From the NCBI GenBank assembly GCA_032718475.1, contig JAUCBJ010007042.1, forward strand, positions 50,814-114,813: 64,000 nucleotides of DNA. The letters run 5' to 3'. The notes under the pieces were generated by a model, which was not told the DNA's origin, searched no databases, and worked only from the letters and a program-made list of their open reading frames with translations. Position 1 is the stretch's first letter, and the number at the start of each line of letters is the position of its first letter. The position numbers were made by a program, and so were the translations under genes. Source of the DNA: Nemertoderma westbladi. Lineage: Eukaryota > Animalia > Xenacoelomorpha. Shown here one piece after another: positions 10,701 to 21,489 of this stretch.

Positions 10701-13142
10701 CGCAGGGTTGTTAAGTCTGGTCCTTTCCCGGTGGTTCCAACTTACCTGCTCCGCGTCCGTCCTTCTTTCCTTATAGTTTCGGGACTTCTGACGTCTCATG
10801 TCTTCCTCTTCATCGCTTGACTCAGTGTCAGTCCTTAGCGCTCGCGATGGTTTGCGCGCCGAGGCCCTGACCCAAGCATCCTGAATAAATCTTTCTGCCG
10901 AATTTTCGAAATTGGGATTATGGATATTCGGGACAGGCGTCCTTACCTGAGGTCTATGTGGTATAGTTTCCTCCGATATGCGTACTCGTTGACTAGGCTG
11001 GACTTTATCTAACTCAGGCCTGCTGGGATTAGAATTACTTCTTACCTGGGCTGCTTCCTTTAACCGTAGGTTGCTAAGCATGTCCGTTATAGGTTGGATG
11101 TGCGGCGATATAGCTTGCGCTAAACTAGCACTTAACTCATCCCTCGTAATAAATTCCTGGCTAGGGTTCTGTTGTATAGTCGGCTCTATCTGAGTAATTC
11201 GTTGTCTCTCATATGATCCCTCTTCCGGTTTAACCCGGAAGTTCTCCGTCGAACTGGGTCGGCGCTCCGTCCGCGTATTCCAAACCCGCGGGTTCGGTTC
11301 GCCAAGTACTCGTCCCGTCGGAGTTTCTCTAAACTCTTCATTCTCTCGTTCGGTGTATAGTGGTGCGGTGTTCCGATGACGTAGATCCTGCGCGATAGGT
11401 GAAGCACTAATACCAACTGGCGTGCGATATGTAGAGAACGGTTTAGCGATCCGTGTACTCGTAATAGCTGGACCGGGTATAGGAATTCTGGTCGTCGTCG
11501 ACTCGCGTATAGCCGGAGTTCTCGCTTCCTGTTCGGCCTTCTGCAGTGCGAACAGTTCTCGTAACTCTGTCCCTACACTCGCCCCACATTCTTCGATCAT
11601 TCGCATCCCCTTCTCGGCGATTTCGTTCGCCTTCCTAGTCCGTTCTTCGCTCTCTAAACTTAATCTCGCACTTTCCAACTGCGCCAGTTTACGTTCTTCT
11701 TCTTCCCTCGCTCGTCTCGCTACGCTCTCTTCTTCCAGTCGCGCCTTTTCTTCATATAACATCTGTCGCTCCTTCTCGATCTCGAGTTCGCGTTCCTTGC
11801 GTTCGCGTTCAAGTTCGCGTTCTTTCTGTTCGCGTTCGAGTTGGAGTTCGCGTTTCTTCGCTTCCTGATCGCGTTCGAGTTGGAGTTCGCGTTTCTTCGC
11901 TTCCCGTTCGCGTTCAAGTTGGAGTTCGCGTTCTTTCTGTTCGCGTTTCAGTTGGAGTTCGCGTTCTTTTCGTTCGCGTTCCGCTTGCTCACGCTTACCT
12001 TTGTCTTCCAACTCCCGCAACTTTGCGTCTAACTTACGTGCGCGCTCCCGTTCCCGCTCAGCTTCCTTCCGTGCTTCCGATGCACGCAAAACTTCCGCCT
12101 GCTGTTCGTCTAGTCGGCGTCTTCTCTCCTCCGCCGAGTTGTGAGAAACAAGGGATCTAGCACATATAACTTTCCCTCGCGCGCGACTAACCTGGGAATC
12201 GCCACTGTCTCTGGATGCGTCGTCGGGTGGAGTTAACGTCCTCTGTTGAATGTTCTCCGTCGTCGGTAGCACCTGGCCTGGTACCACCACTCCATTCTGC
12301 ATCAGCCAGCTAGTAACTTCCCTCTGATAACGGCGCTCTTCCTTATCTTGGATCTCTTCCCGCTCCACTAAGTCTCTTAAATCTGCGTCACTCACCTGAG
12401 TCGCCTGCGTTTGTGATGCCCATAGCAGCCAGTTCTCCGTCCTAACTCGTCGGAATCGCTCCGATAACTCGCGGTGCTCCAACAAGGCTGCTAAAACCCT
12501 GTCGTAAATCCTCGTCGCCACGTCGCTCGACTGAGACTCTACTGCCTTCTTCGCTAGGACTGCAAGCTCCTCCGTCTGCTTGAATAACGCTGAGTTATAT
12601 CCTCTTCTAATCTCTACTAACCCTTCCCGTCCGATGTTCGCTGAGTCGGCTAACATCTTCCTTACCTTGTCCGTCGTCCGAGTTATATGTCCGGCGTGCG
12701 CGCGAAGTTTCTTCTTTATCGCGATATCAAGTTCTCTCTCGCTTACCTGACTCACACTCGGTGGACTTGAAGGATTATTTCGGGAACTACGGGTACTCCT
12801 AACAGCCGTTGGGACCACGGCACTTACCATACCCACAGGTCTGGAAACCGGGCTCCGGGCTCTCGCTTCTGCTACACTACCCTCCCTATCACTCACCTCT
12901 GTCCGGGTTGCTGTACAATCCTTCCTTACAGTAGCGGTAGGGGATCCTAATACTATTACCTGAGGTAGTTCTTCTTCCTCACTAGTCACTGTCTCGTCCT
13001 CCTGTTCACTTACGTCAGCGTCGCTCGCTGCGTCGTCATAGTCGGCATTGTCGTCAACAGTAATATTTACGCTATCGTCAGTCGGCGGTCCAGCCGCCGT
13101 CTCATAGCTGTCCTCTAGTGCCTCTTTGTCTGAGACACTCAT
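4797..13142 (-). CDS. BEL/Pao Gag-Pol polyprotein (probable ATG 13142; ORF open from 13181)
   Basis: Coiled-coil gag; KFMGN..WRTF capsid-like region; CQYC..H..C / CWAC..GH...C / CMEC..HH..LH knuckles; protease LDTAS; RT YLPHH, FGARDSP, YMDD; RNase H FSDAS, ELQA, WTDA, NPAD; integrase H..H/C..C, VDCFGP, SDKGTNF, WERLV. No stops or frameshifts. Confidence 0.97.
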   Translation of the reverse strand: MSVSDKEALEDSYETAAGPPTDDSVNITVDDNADYDDAASDADVSEQEDETVTSEEEELPQVIVLGSPTATVRKDCTATRTEVSDREGSVAEARARSPVSRPVGMVSAVVPTAVRSTRSSRNNPSSPPSVSQVSERELDIAIKKKLRAHAGHITRTTDKVRKMLADSANIGREGLVEIRRGYNSALFKQTEELAVLAKKAVESQSSDVATRIYDRVLAALLEHRELSERFRRVRTENWLLWASQTQATQVSDADLRDLVEREEIQDKEERRYQREVTSWLMQNGVVVPGQVLPTTENIQQRTLTPPDDASRDSGDSQVSRARGKVICARSLVSHNSAEERRRRLDEQQAEVLRASEARKEAERERERARKLDAKLRELEDKGKREQAERERKERELQLKREQKERELQLEREREAKKRELQLERDQEAKKRELQLEREQKERELERERKERELEIEKERQMLYEEKARLEEESVARRAREEEERKLAQLESARLSLESEERTRKANEIAEKGMRMIEECGASVGTELRELFALQKAEQEARTPAIRESTTTRIPIPGPAITSTRIAKPFSTYRTPVGISASPIAQDLRHRNTAPLYTERENEEFRETPTGRVLGEPNPRVWNTRTERRPSSTENFRVKPEEGSYERQRITQIEPTIQQNPSQEFITRDELSASLAQAISPHIQPITDMLSNLRLKEAAQVRSNSNPSRPELDKVQPSQRVRISEETIPHRPQVRTPVPNIHNPNFENSAERFIQDAWVRASARKPSRALRTDTESSDEEEDMRRQKSRNYKERRTDAEQVSWNHRERTRLNNPAELNHLLTRNDATLRDIGKFAARQGLPTQQPQKFMGNHKHWRTFKTYVDEQLTNSTFTPNEKFNYLLQMLHREPRAIADNFVGNERAFELAMKTLSDIYGNKTKMAQSIVEDLGKGGRITTPLELLNLANAISNALDILRTVNLPHHGDHAEVLKSVIRRLNMRYRQKWRKLENKLEGQGKVLTLQHIHDMIATDAVAEMKSNFSEENMRESKPVTGKSMVSFDDDRTTVTYNSVDRYNSSTPAFRSDSRVWSGERLDRPRLKQQELPDGFVGCQYCLLKEVRSDDHKLDSCRRFKELNSEQRRVQVRTLDTCWACLAPGHVRRQCPNSKDGCMECGRLHHKLLHADFHTPTDRYLQRNPHRKGSKEPVSIRRNTYTGIQDDGYQPGSSDEDGESSAREVTCQGFTADSSSTSARTYLSSATSEIFSVIPVKLTGDKGSKRIYVMLDTASTLSYIDEEVARAVSSFQDAEEIQIELKSMHGVGDLKGHRISVELDSLLPRDQHTRQERKALPLDGFKCLAMKGFGRQLGKVPPMSPIAQEYFDKLRIPRHQVGYRNVSMLIGAEQLIAHQIWETKPAEPHVNGPHAHRTILGWYTRVPMSYEFTGGDKPMNRYDELQPIIQPPLVEPPDIDEFRRTCIDHYSDFSESDEELIPDNVRLSEPLHNDRTDSEPEDYCYQTRGSGSAAHATYLTNVLTYTDIVEGQVAKYRDLDIFQYSEEELQKELIRQDLETGARTVEWLDRDAMEPGGYDLAMSTDEKRSLEMMEDTIRLLPTGHFEVGMLWRRQPPKLENNYSLALKRLNGVRARLLKNPDIREKYCAQINNYFAKGFAGKVEDPDLVTDQTYYLPHHYVTHPDKPDKVRVVNDCAAVYRGMSLNSELMDGPNLNNYLIGILLRFRQRRFAFTCDIEAMFHQVRACKADQDSLRFLWYENEDLSGPVVTYQMYVRIFGARDSPNGTLFVLKKTATAQIGKYPVEVIESILRNFYMDDGLVSKDTAEQAIEVAHGLQECLATGGFPLTKFTTNSEALLESFPVKDRGSGDIELGVEPIPMARVLGLAWNPNSDKFQVRVRFEPSSPDKVLTKRICLSTLSRLFDPMNFISPVILQARACMRKIWLSDLEWDEPISPIHAKQWREWEAELHLLKNIDVPRSYFPNQLVFPADLELHLFSDASDTGFGMVAYLRREVSQDKFETAFVTSRSKTMPVKYMTVPRAELQAAVVSVEVSKQIIEELDTTLTLFYWTDASLVLVYIAADNIALKTFVANRRAQIVDFPTKEQWRHCPGVLNPADITSRGAMPAEFCREESQEFWLHGPDFLTRTQEHWPERLKIVTNPMPEDAEVKVEKVSKSKSKAKLKSLERPEESLERPGDLSDQQTYVTTRSGRVSYDIKPPLQTKPESQLVSDGQKMTDTMDPLVSKPAGLDSKLPLISGQPSLALESCSIYDKLLNSSASWLTICKRTAWLSRYVSYLCLKHSKHLRERTSTNSERIRKLKQPLTEDEIDQAELRHLRHYQMCAFPKEFHLLSAQRPVLYKPLRKWSPLIHKGLICHRSRIQTVDINSQFRFPVIIPSHPIELQRAILWDIHKRLHHAGKLHCLSAARQRFILLQPSRAVGTMYDACLVCKRVNARVLEQEMAELPEARVQAYDPPFTNTGVDCFGPIEAKSGRLTHKRWGLLLTCMASRAIHIERVADMSTKSLLLALKRFMARRGLVKAFYSDKGTNFVGGNSELNAAHKAAQNKEISAALLPQRVEWRFNTPESPWRGGSWERLVRSVKQAIAKTLPVNKQLTDDELVTAFIEIEHTLNSRPIAMLPDGVALTPNHLLMQSPAFLVPASEPISADLYSRKSWKVTQFVAYTFWEYWREYYLPTISTRTKWYKTVRSLQRGDYVLITEPIIKRKYWETGVILHTHPDVQNIVRTVTVKIRCKCPHPKKCKTNGLHTLDRPVQDIVLLEETRIETGDYNLSPASKQN

Positions 13143-14325
13143 AGTCTTAATAATGTTTGCCTTCCGGCAAAAATCTCGCAAAAGTTCGAGATATAATTAT
13201 AATTTAACCGAAATACGGTCAAATTAATTGTCAAATAATCAGTTGGTCCAAATGTCAAATAAATTCGCAATGCAATATTGTGAATTTAATGGGGTATATA
13301 GTTATAGCAAATACTAACACAATATTTAAACAAAATATTATTATATAGCTACTATATAATATTAAATACCGGTATAGCACAAAATAACCTTGAATCTAAT
13401 ACAAAATATTCAAAATAAACTTGCCACCCGAATATTTCTAATTTTATATATAGCTCTAATCAACGTAATTTTAATTTCAAATATTATATGTATCCACTAG
13501 CGCGTGGCTACATCTTCGGGTTGCGACTCTCTCTAACTCTCTCTCTAACTTGAGCGATTCAAAAACCATGGCCGGCTAAACCTAAATATCCTAACTAATA
13601 AATTGAGTTCAGCTTCGCAGTTAAACAACCGATAATTTTTTACTGCTTCCACAAACACACTGGCGCCAACAGAACAACTAACCTTGTTTGCTGTGAGATT
13701 CCACGTCCGCGTCCAAAGATTCAGGCCCTTCGCTGATTGCAAACCGAACCCGCAGACCCACACGAACCCCAAACTCAGAAGTTCCGTCTTGCCATGTATC
13801 TCCAGATGGTATAAAATAACTAAGCGGTTACCTAACATACCGGTACAAAACTCTAGAATTTTACAAAATAATTTTGACCGAAACTGAATTCTCGCAAACC
13901 TAGCTAATAATTTTCAAAAAACTTACTAATTACAGTTTGCCCTAAGGCCTAAGGAACTGCTGTATTCGCAATTAGTAAAAACGCACTACCGTACATCCAC
14001 TTTATGCAGTACAGTAAGTAAAACAGTACACCAACCTAACAGCCTAATGATACTGTGTGTGGTACGGCAAAACAAATGTCCTTCTACCGTACGCAGTAAC
14101 AGCAATCAGCCTAATGTACTACTGTACTAGTGTACGCAGCCAGTGAATACAGTAATCTAAACAACAGCCTAAGAATACACTATTGACCGCTGCAAGCAAC
14201 AGCCAATAAAAAACATACCTTACTGTTACGAAGTATCAGTAAATCTAAATCTTCACGGCCTAAGAATATACTCTATGTCCTACTGTACGCGGTAGGCCTA
14301 CAGCAGACAATAACACGTGCTTTAC

Positions 14326-16411
14326 TGTTAAACAAACTACCCCGGCCTAACCAATAAAGACACAAAACTGCAAACTGCTCTATTTATTAGACAGGGCAAT
14401 CAGGAGCGTATTATTGCTAATGTGAGGGGCTGCTAAATACAAAACCGCTACTTACCGTTAGATGGCGCTAACCTGCCGTCCGCTAATATGTTTTACTAAT
14501 TTTCTACCAGTCTACGGCTCCTGCTAATTTCTTGTTCCTTTCTCTACCAATTACTCGATAGAGAGCTAACTGTTCGAATATATGAGCCACGCGGGAATAA
14601 CCAAAACAACAAACCCGAATCGGCTCCCTAAGCTGACTTAAAACGAGTGTGAGAGGTTTTACACTCAGAGTATATTCTTACGCCTAATCTTACTGTTAAA
14701 GTACGCCAATGCCTACGTCTTTTCTAATCGCGAATACTGGGGGTTCCCTAACGGAATGTGTGAATGCGAGAATATTTAAAATAATCAAAGTGGTACAGTG
14801 TTTATTAGGGCTAATACCTATAGTGGGACTAAACTTGTCTGCGGCTGGCTTTAGGCCAGCAAATTACTAATGCGTTTTGCGTACTGAATACTGCTATCTA
14901 GCTTATTGCCCGCTAATTAAAATAACCGCTCAGCGTGAATAGTTTACGGTACTCTAATTATTACCTTAGCTACTCTCCGCTATGCTGCGTACTAATTCTT
15001 AATTTTACTAATTAATTACAGTCACAAATATGTAACAGCCTAAAATACTGTATTACTTTGACCTAATCAGTAATTATTTACAGTAAACTAAGAGATAGAA
15101 ATCAATCAAAGGGAAAAGAGCGCCTATCTAAGCATTCGTAATCTTAGGCACACTTTAGTAACACACCAATCAGCGTCAGCAATCACAGCTCGCAATGCGC
15201 GATTCACAATTGTACAATCCGCAATGCACGCAATTAGCAATTACACAGCACAATATAATAATTCGCAATACTGCAATACATGCAATTCGCAATTGTAAAG
15301 CACGCAGACCTCTCCCGGGTACATCTAGGCTTCCTAACTAACCCAATTCCTGCCCCCCTAATACTAAATAGAGACAAAACCTGGATCATCAGCCCCCTAA
15401 TTACTGTACCAGCGAGCTGCCCCCACGCTACAATGCAAATTGCCCGACCGCAACGGTGACCCCCCGCCAGCGTTGCTCGCCTTTGAATCCTCCGCTCCCT
15501 TCGTCGCTAACCCCCCGATGTGCCCACCGCCCACTGGCGCCTTAGCCCTCCATTATGCTAATAGCTACCGTAGCGGCGCATGCAAATCACAAAGTCTGAC
15601 AGTCTCAGAAATCCCTTAGGATTATTGCGCAGAAAGGAATCACATAGAACCATTAATCAAAGAGTAGAAATCATAGTTCAATTGTAATTAGCAGTAATCG
15701 AAGGAATTATTGAGAAACACAAGCAAGTAATCGCACTAGCAAATCATTTCAAGAAATTAATCAAATTAGCAAATTGCAGAAAAAATAAGTATCAAGAAAA
15801 AACAGCAAGACAGGTGCTAGGGCTAGGTGTCATGTGATGAGTTGGTGAGGCTCTACCGGCACACCGCCAATTTATAGGTGATCCGGATGGGGTGATGCAA
15901 TAGGGTGACTCAATCGCTTTCTTATTGGCTCTCCAGTCCGTGCTAGCACTAGACCAACCTGGAAGCAGCTAGTCCAATAAGGAGGCCGGATTGTAGCCCT
16001 ATTTGCTCCCCTTCCTCGAATTATTACCATATATGGTAATGGTTCACGTCTCTGGCTGCTGAATGGCCAGGACAGCGTCCCTATATGCTAGCCCTACTAA
16101 AGCTAATATCAGCAAGCACGGAATCCAGGGTCCGAATAAACTTACCCTGGAACTATCTACATATTACCTAATACAAAATTACGTAGGTAGGGCTACATAC
16201 TATACAAAATGGATGGATTCAAATATATGGGTGTTTCGATTTCCCTATCTAAATACCACTGCGTTATTATGCCTTATCTAAAATATCATGCTGCACAACG
16301 GACTAATATTACATACAGTATAACGGACTAATATTGCATACTGCATAACGGACTAATATTGCATACTGCATGATGACTAATATTATGGATACAGCGCCAT
16401 ATACCGTAACA
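14326..16411 (-). repeat. 5' LTR of BEL element 1
   Basis: Direct repeat of 375-2460; interrupts the protease-coding frame of element 2 at 16411/16412. Confidence 0.95.
15835..15930 (-). promoter_or_regulatory. Candidate LTR core promoter (CCAAT, TATAAA, initiator)
   Basis: Minus-strand TATAAA at 15876-15871, AGCCAAT ~50 bp upstream, CTCATCA initiator-like sequence ~30 bp downstream. Candidate AATAAA near the LTR end (432-437 in the 3' copy). Confidence 0.45.
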
Positions 16412-19400
16412 CTTCGGCCACCCAATCCTCGACTAATGTGAAGGCAGCTCCACTATCAACCAGCATTAGTGTTGTTACTGATCGATTGCCTTCTCCAATC
16501 ACTCGCACGGGTACTACCCCAAGTAACACCGTTCCTCTCTTCTTCGCCCCTACTGTGCTCGTTGCCATCGTTTGGCCTTTCCTTTGACCGAACTTGACCG
16601 GCTTCTCCTTGCATTCCCTAGCTCTATGTCCACTCATCACACATCGCGAGCAGATCTTATTGCTCGACGCATAATCTATCTGATCTTGCCTAGGTAGCGC
16701 TTGCCAGTACCTGCAGTTCATGGTTTGATGAAGCGCATTTGTATGTAGCTGGCATTTGCTCTTTGGGTCGTAGCCCTCCTTATACAGTGCATCGCGTATC
16801 GCAGCTGCGTTTGTACCAAAGTCCCTACTATTCTTATTGTTTGGATTCGGCCTACTGGACGTACTGGGGTTATATTTATTCGTGTTGTTATTGTTCCCCT
16901 GTCCGTTCCATGGTGTGGTCTTACTTTCGGCTATCTGTGGACTTGCAGTCCCCTGCGTCGCTGCATATGGCAATGATTGCCTGAGCCTCGGTAATGCGTT
17001 TGATGTATTGTGCTCTGGTTTCGGTCTATGGTAATCCGTCTTCGGTCCCTTTCCCAGGCTATCTTCGCTATAGACTGGGTCGGTTATTAGTTCAGCCTCG
17101 TAGTTTAAGAAGCTTGACATTTCTTCTAAACCCGGTTCCACACCCTTCTTGTCTCGAGTGGAGAAAGCGATTTTCCTCCACTTGTTGCGCAGCCAGTTCG
17201 GTAGTGCCTGCGCTATCGTGGTGATGTTATTGGACGCGTTGAGCTCGTATGGCGCGTCTAGCGTCTTCAGCACGATTAGCGCCTTTTCGACTTTGTTAGC
17301 GAACGTCTTAATGCTAACGGGATTATCCTGTAGGCCACCCGATGTTATGCCTCTCAGTGTCTGTCTGATGATCTTGGCCGGGTGCCCGTATTCCCTGTCC
17401 AGTGCCCGCCATGCTGTCGTGAAGCCGCCCTCTATGCCTTGATATTGCCTCACGATGTCGTATGCTGGGCCTCCCGTGTATACTTGCAGATACTTTAGGC
17501 ACTCCGCCTGCGTTAAGTTCTTTGTTAGTATTTCATTACTATACATGCGCCGAAACTGTAGATATTCTTCCGGCCTACTCCCATCGAATTTGAATGGTTC
17601 CACGGGTGGTAACTCGATCCTCGTTTTCAACGCATCGATCAACGTGGCCATCCCCATCGCCTGCGCTTCCAATGGGTTCGATGGATGCTGTATGGTTTCT
17701 CCTGTCTGATGCGGTCCGTCCGTCCTATTTCTTGACTTTCTTTGACTTGGGTATGTCATTGGGGGTAGCGGCCCCCTCCATATTTCTGTATCACACGACC
17801 TATTTTCATCCAAGGGACTCGTTGTTCTTGCTCCTATCGGGGTATATTGTTGATATTGTGATGGGGGAATGTCACCCTGTCCCCCCCCCCCCCACCGGTA
17901 TGTTTGGTACTGGGGTTGATGTTAATATATTGGGGCCCATACACCTATCCGCAATAATTCCCCCCTCCCCTGGGTATATGTTATGTCCCTGCATGCTGTA
18001 GTCATACTGCTGTACTGGTACCGGTATAGGCCTATCAGCTTCTGGCCTACCCGCCGGTATGTATTCCGCGACTTCCGGGTTTAATCCCGTCGTCCGCGCT
18101 ATCCTATCGCCTACATTGCCTCTGTCAGTATGGCCTATGGTATGTGCAGTAAGGCCTACAGTATGTCCTACAGTCCGCATGTGTCGCTCGGGATCGAAGT
18201 TTATTCTTCTCGAATAGTCCTCCCCGCGGCTACCGTATTCTCGATCGGTAGGTATATTCCGTCGGAAAGTTTCTCTTCGACCCCCCCTCTCTACTGTTCT
18301 CGTCTTCGTACCGGTACATCGCGTACCCCTCCATCGGCGCGTAATGCGCCTCGCCAGGTCGCATCTCTCCGGGGCGACGGCAATCTCCCGGAGTCCGACC
18401 CCACTGACTCTCCGTTCTCATCTCGACTACCGACGGCTCGCTATCCGTCCTCGCTCTTCTATCGTTCGCGGCGATACTTCTACTACTGTCTTCTCTTCTT
18501 CTCCTTTCAGTGGAGTATTCCCGCTCGTGAGATCTCTCGTCGACCTCCCGGTTAAACCCCACTGTTCTTCTTCCCTCTTCTGATCGGGCTCGACGCTTCG
18601 TCCGCCCTCTCACGACGTCAACCTGTCTCTCTCTGCTCGGTCGCACGCCGCTGGGGATACTCGCAATCCCCCTATTACTCTCCGTCGCCGGGTGTTGCGG
18701 TTTACCTATTTCGGCCCGCGCATTATCCGTTGACGTCTGTGGGGCACTCTCTGCCCCCCCCCCTTTTCGCCGCTAACTCGCTGTTGTGGGGTTCTTGTAG
18801 CCCCCCCCCCCCCCCCACTCGCCACATCTAACTTCACTATCTCTCACCCCGCTACCATATCCCTCTCTAGTCGACACATCAACCCTACCGCGGTCGGGTC
18901 TATTCACCCCCGCCTCTCCCTCTGCTATTGCGTGGCCTACCAGGCCCTCTACTCCCTGCCTACCAGCTACGTGGCCTACCAGGCCCTCGCTGGGTCTACC
19001 CAACCCAGCCACTCCCTGCCTACCAATTACGTGGCCTACCAGGCCCTCTCTGGGTTGGATCAACCCCGCCTCCTCCGGCCTACCAACTGTACGGCCTACC
19101 AGGCCCCCATCTGCCTGGCCATACACGCCCGACGTGTTCACGTTAATAGCACCCATATTAGAAACGGAATTATTTTGTTCGTTCGAGATAAAATCATTTG
19201 AATTATTTTGCGCGACTACACTATCTGAATTATTTTGTAAATTATTTAAATTATTTGGATTATATTGCATAACTACGTTGTTCGGATTATTTCCTACGTT
19301 AATATTAGAATCGTTCTGATTTAAATTTAAATTACTACCACTAGGCAAAGTATTTCCTGCAATAAAGGTTTGGTTAGAGTTGTCTAATACGGTACTATTA

Positions 19401-21043
19401 ATATTAATGACGTCTACTATAGCATTATTATTACCCCCCCCCCGCCCGTACGGTCACACCAGTTTTGGGTCTGTCGTGCGGTCCCTGTAAGTGGGGTATT
19501 AATAAATGTATCCACGGCCCCTGGCTCCTCGAAAATACTCGAGCCAGCCCCACTCTCAGACGCCCCTATTCGCGCCAGTTCCCGTTCGCGCGTGTGTATA
19601 GCTTTGTACCCTGTAAGCTCACCTTGACGTTTCTCTAATTCTTTTCGCTCACACTCCTTCCTTGCCATTCTCTCCTTACACTCCCGTGCGTCCCGCTCGG
19701 CCAATTCCAACTCTCTTCTAGCCCCCTCCCTTCGTCTCGCCTCACGCTCTTTGCGTTCGTTTTCCTCTCTCGCCTCGCGTTCTTTGCACTCGTTTTCCTC
19801 TCTCGCCTCACGTTCTTTACACTCGCTTTCCTCTCTCGCTACACGTTCCCTGCGTTCGCTTTCCTCTCTCGCTACACGTTCCTTACGTTCCGCCTCACGC
19901 TCTTTGCGCTCATTTTTCTCTCTCGCTACACGTTCCCTACGTTCCGCCTCACGCTCTTCTTGTTCCTTCCTCCCTACTTCCTCACACTCCCTAAGGCTTC
20001 TCGCGGCCCTTTCGGCCCTCTCTCCGGTTTCTTTAATCAATGCCATTTCCCTCTCTAGCAGCACTCTCCCCTCCTCTAACCGTCTACCTACTTCCCTTTG
20101 ACCTTGCTCTATCAAATCGAGACGGTACGTGGCATTTATCTCTCTCACCCGTCTTTCTTTTACGGAGGATGTAGCAGACTTATCGGTTGTGACGGATTCC
20201 CTCCGCCTCCCCGTCCTACTAACTTTCCCCCGCCTCCCGGAACTTCCTCCGACCGACGAGGCCGAATCCTCGGGGTTAACCTCGGGTTCGCCCTCCTCAG
20301 GTCTCTCCCAACCCACTAATTTTACTCCCCGGGCATCGACTAAGTATGGCCCTACGTACACTACGCTAGGTTCCATACCCCTACACCGCCATAAGTCACA
20401 CAGTTCCTCGGCAACCCCTCTCGCTCTCTCCTTGGCCAGTTCTCTTTGCCCGAAGCGCATTAGATAATTAAAGTGTCTATTCGACTCACCTAGTCGTTTC
20501 CTCAGTCTCACCTCGTCTATCTTCGACCCCTCTTTGGCCTCCTTTAGTAGTTTCTGGGTCGCGTTGTAGGCCCGTCGAAGTCGATCAGAAACCCCGACGT
20601 CCTCGTCGCCGACCTCTCTTCCGTCTCTCCGGGTCCGACGTCGTACCGGCGGCCCCACCGTCGCCGTTTCGGTGGGCCGTTCGTCGCCCTCGGCCTGTAG
20701 CTGACCGGCGACATCGGTACCGACATCTCCTCCATCTCTCCGGGTCCGGCGTCGTACCGTCGGCCCCACCGTCGCCGTTTCGGTGGGCCGCTCGTCGCCC
20801 TCGGCCTGTGGCTGGCCGGCGACATCGGTACGTCGACCCACGTCCCGTGTCGACTCGTCTCCTTCTCCCTCCGTCTCGCTCTCTCCTTGCTGCTCGCAGA
20901 CGGCCCCCCTCATCCTGAACTGCCGGATGACCCGTTACCGATGGGTCCGGCATTGTGGGCCTGTACCGTCTGGTCGCGGCCTCGCGGATCGTTAGTTCTT
21001 CGTCCGGGGTCCGCGTCGGCGTCGTCTCTCCCGACTGACTCAT
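16412..21043 (-). pseudogene. Gag and start of protease of a second BEL/Pao element, frameshifted and truncated by element 1
   Basis: Consecutive minus ORFs (21043, 20913, 19348, 18646, 18180, 17813). Coiled coil, PFKFDGS..EYLQF capsid motif, CQLH..H..C and CSRC..GH...C knuckles, protease LVDSGA cut at ...WVAEV by the LTR. Several breaks lie near poly-C runs. Internal ~60-bp (18925-19110) and ~120-bp (20620-20830) coding repeats. Confidence 0.9.
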
Positions 21044-21366
21044 CTCGCTTGTATAGATTGGTGGCTGGTAGTCACTGAGTTTAGCTAGCTAGGGCGGCAG
21101 CTCTGATTCAATTACTAGGGCGTACCAGTCTACCGTTACTACTGTAACACCAATAACTAACACTGAGATAACTGAATGAAATGATTACTGCCAACTGGCT
21201 ATATTGCACGGGTTGGCCTTGTTACTGTACCTAATCGATGCCTTTCCCCCCTCTGATTGGTTGATGTCCCTATTGGCGCCCTTTGGAGTGTTTCCGTTCA
21301 CTCCACCTGTTGTCCCTCTGTTAGGGGTTTGGCCCCTGACCCTTACTGTGTTTCTCCTTCCCATTT

Positions 21367-21480
21367 TGTTAGGGTGACACGAGTTGGTTGGTTACCCAAT
21401 CTCGTGGCCCCCAATATTGCTTAACGGTTGACTTTATGGGTTTGTGTTAGCGGAATTGGATAAGCTAACACTCCCCCCCA
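21367..21480 (-). repeat. Candidate PPT plus start of an LTR of the element 2 family
   Basis: Minus strand reads GCATGGGGGGGAG then TGTTAG... (21470), with CTAACA at 21367. The far boundary is uncertain (21367, 21319 or 21143). Confidence 0.45.
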
Positions 21481-21489
21481 TGCTATCTT

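Larger units (their letters stand above)
375..16411 (-). mobile_element. Full-length BEL/Pao LTR retrotransposon (element 1)
   Basis: Two 2086-bp direct repeats (offset 13951) with TGTTA...TAACA termini flank a single gag-pol ORF in BEL domain order (PR-RT-RH-IN) with the BEL triple Cys/His gag motif. Confidence 0.96.

Noticed and set aside
4923-12032. Plus-strand ORFs overlapping the polyprotein (also minus-strand ORFs over 22105-26844)
   Set aside because: Antisense shadows of long coding sequences.
16412-21043. Programmed frameshifting in element 2 gag
   Set aside because: Multiple breaks, several at long C homopolymers, are better explained by decay or sequencing indels.
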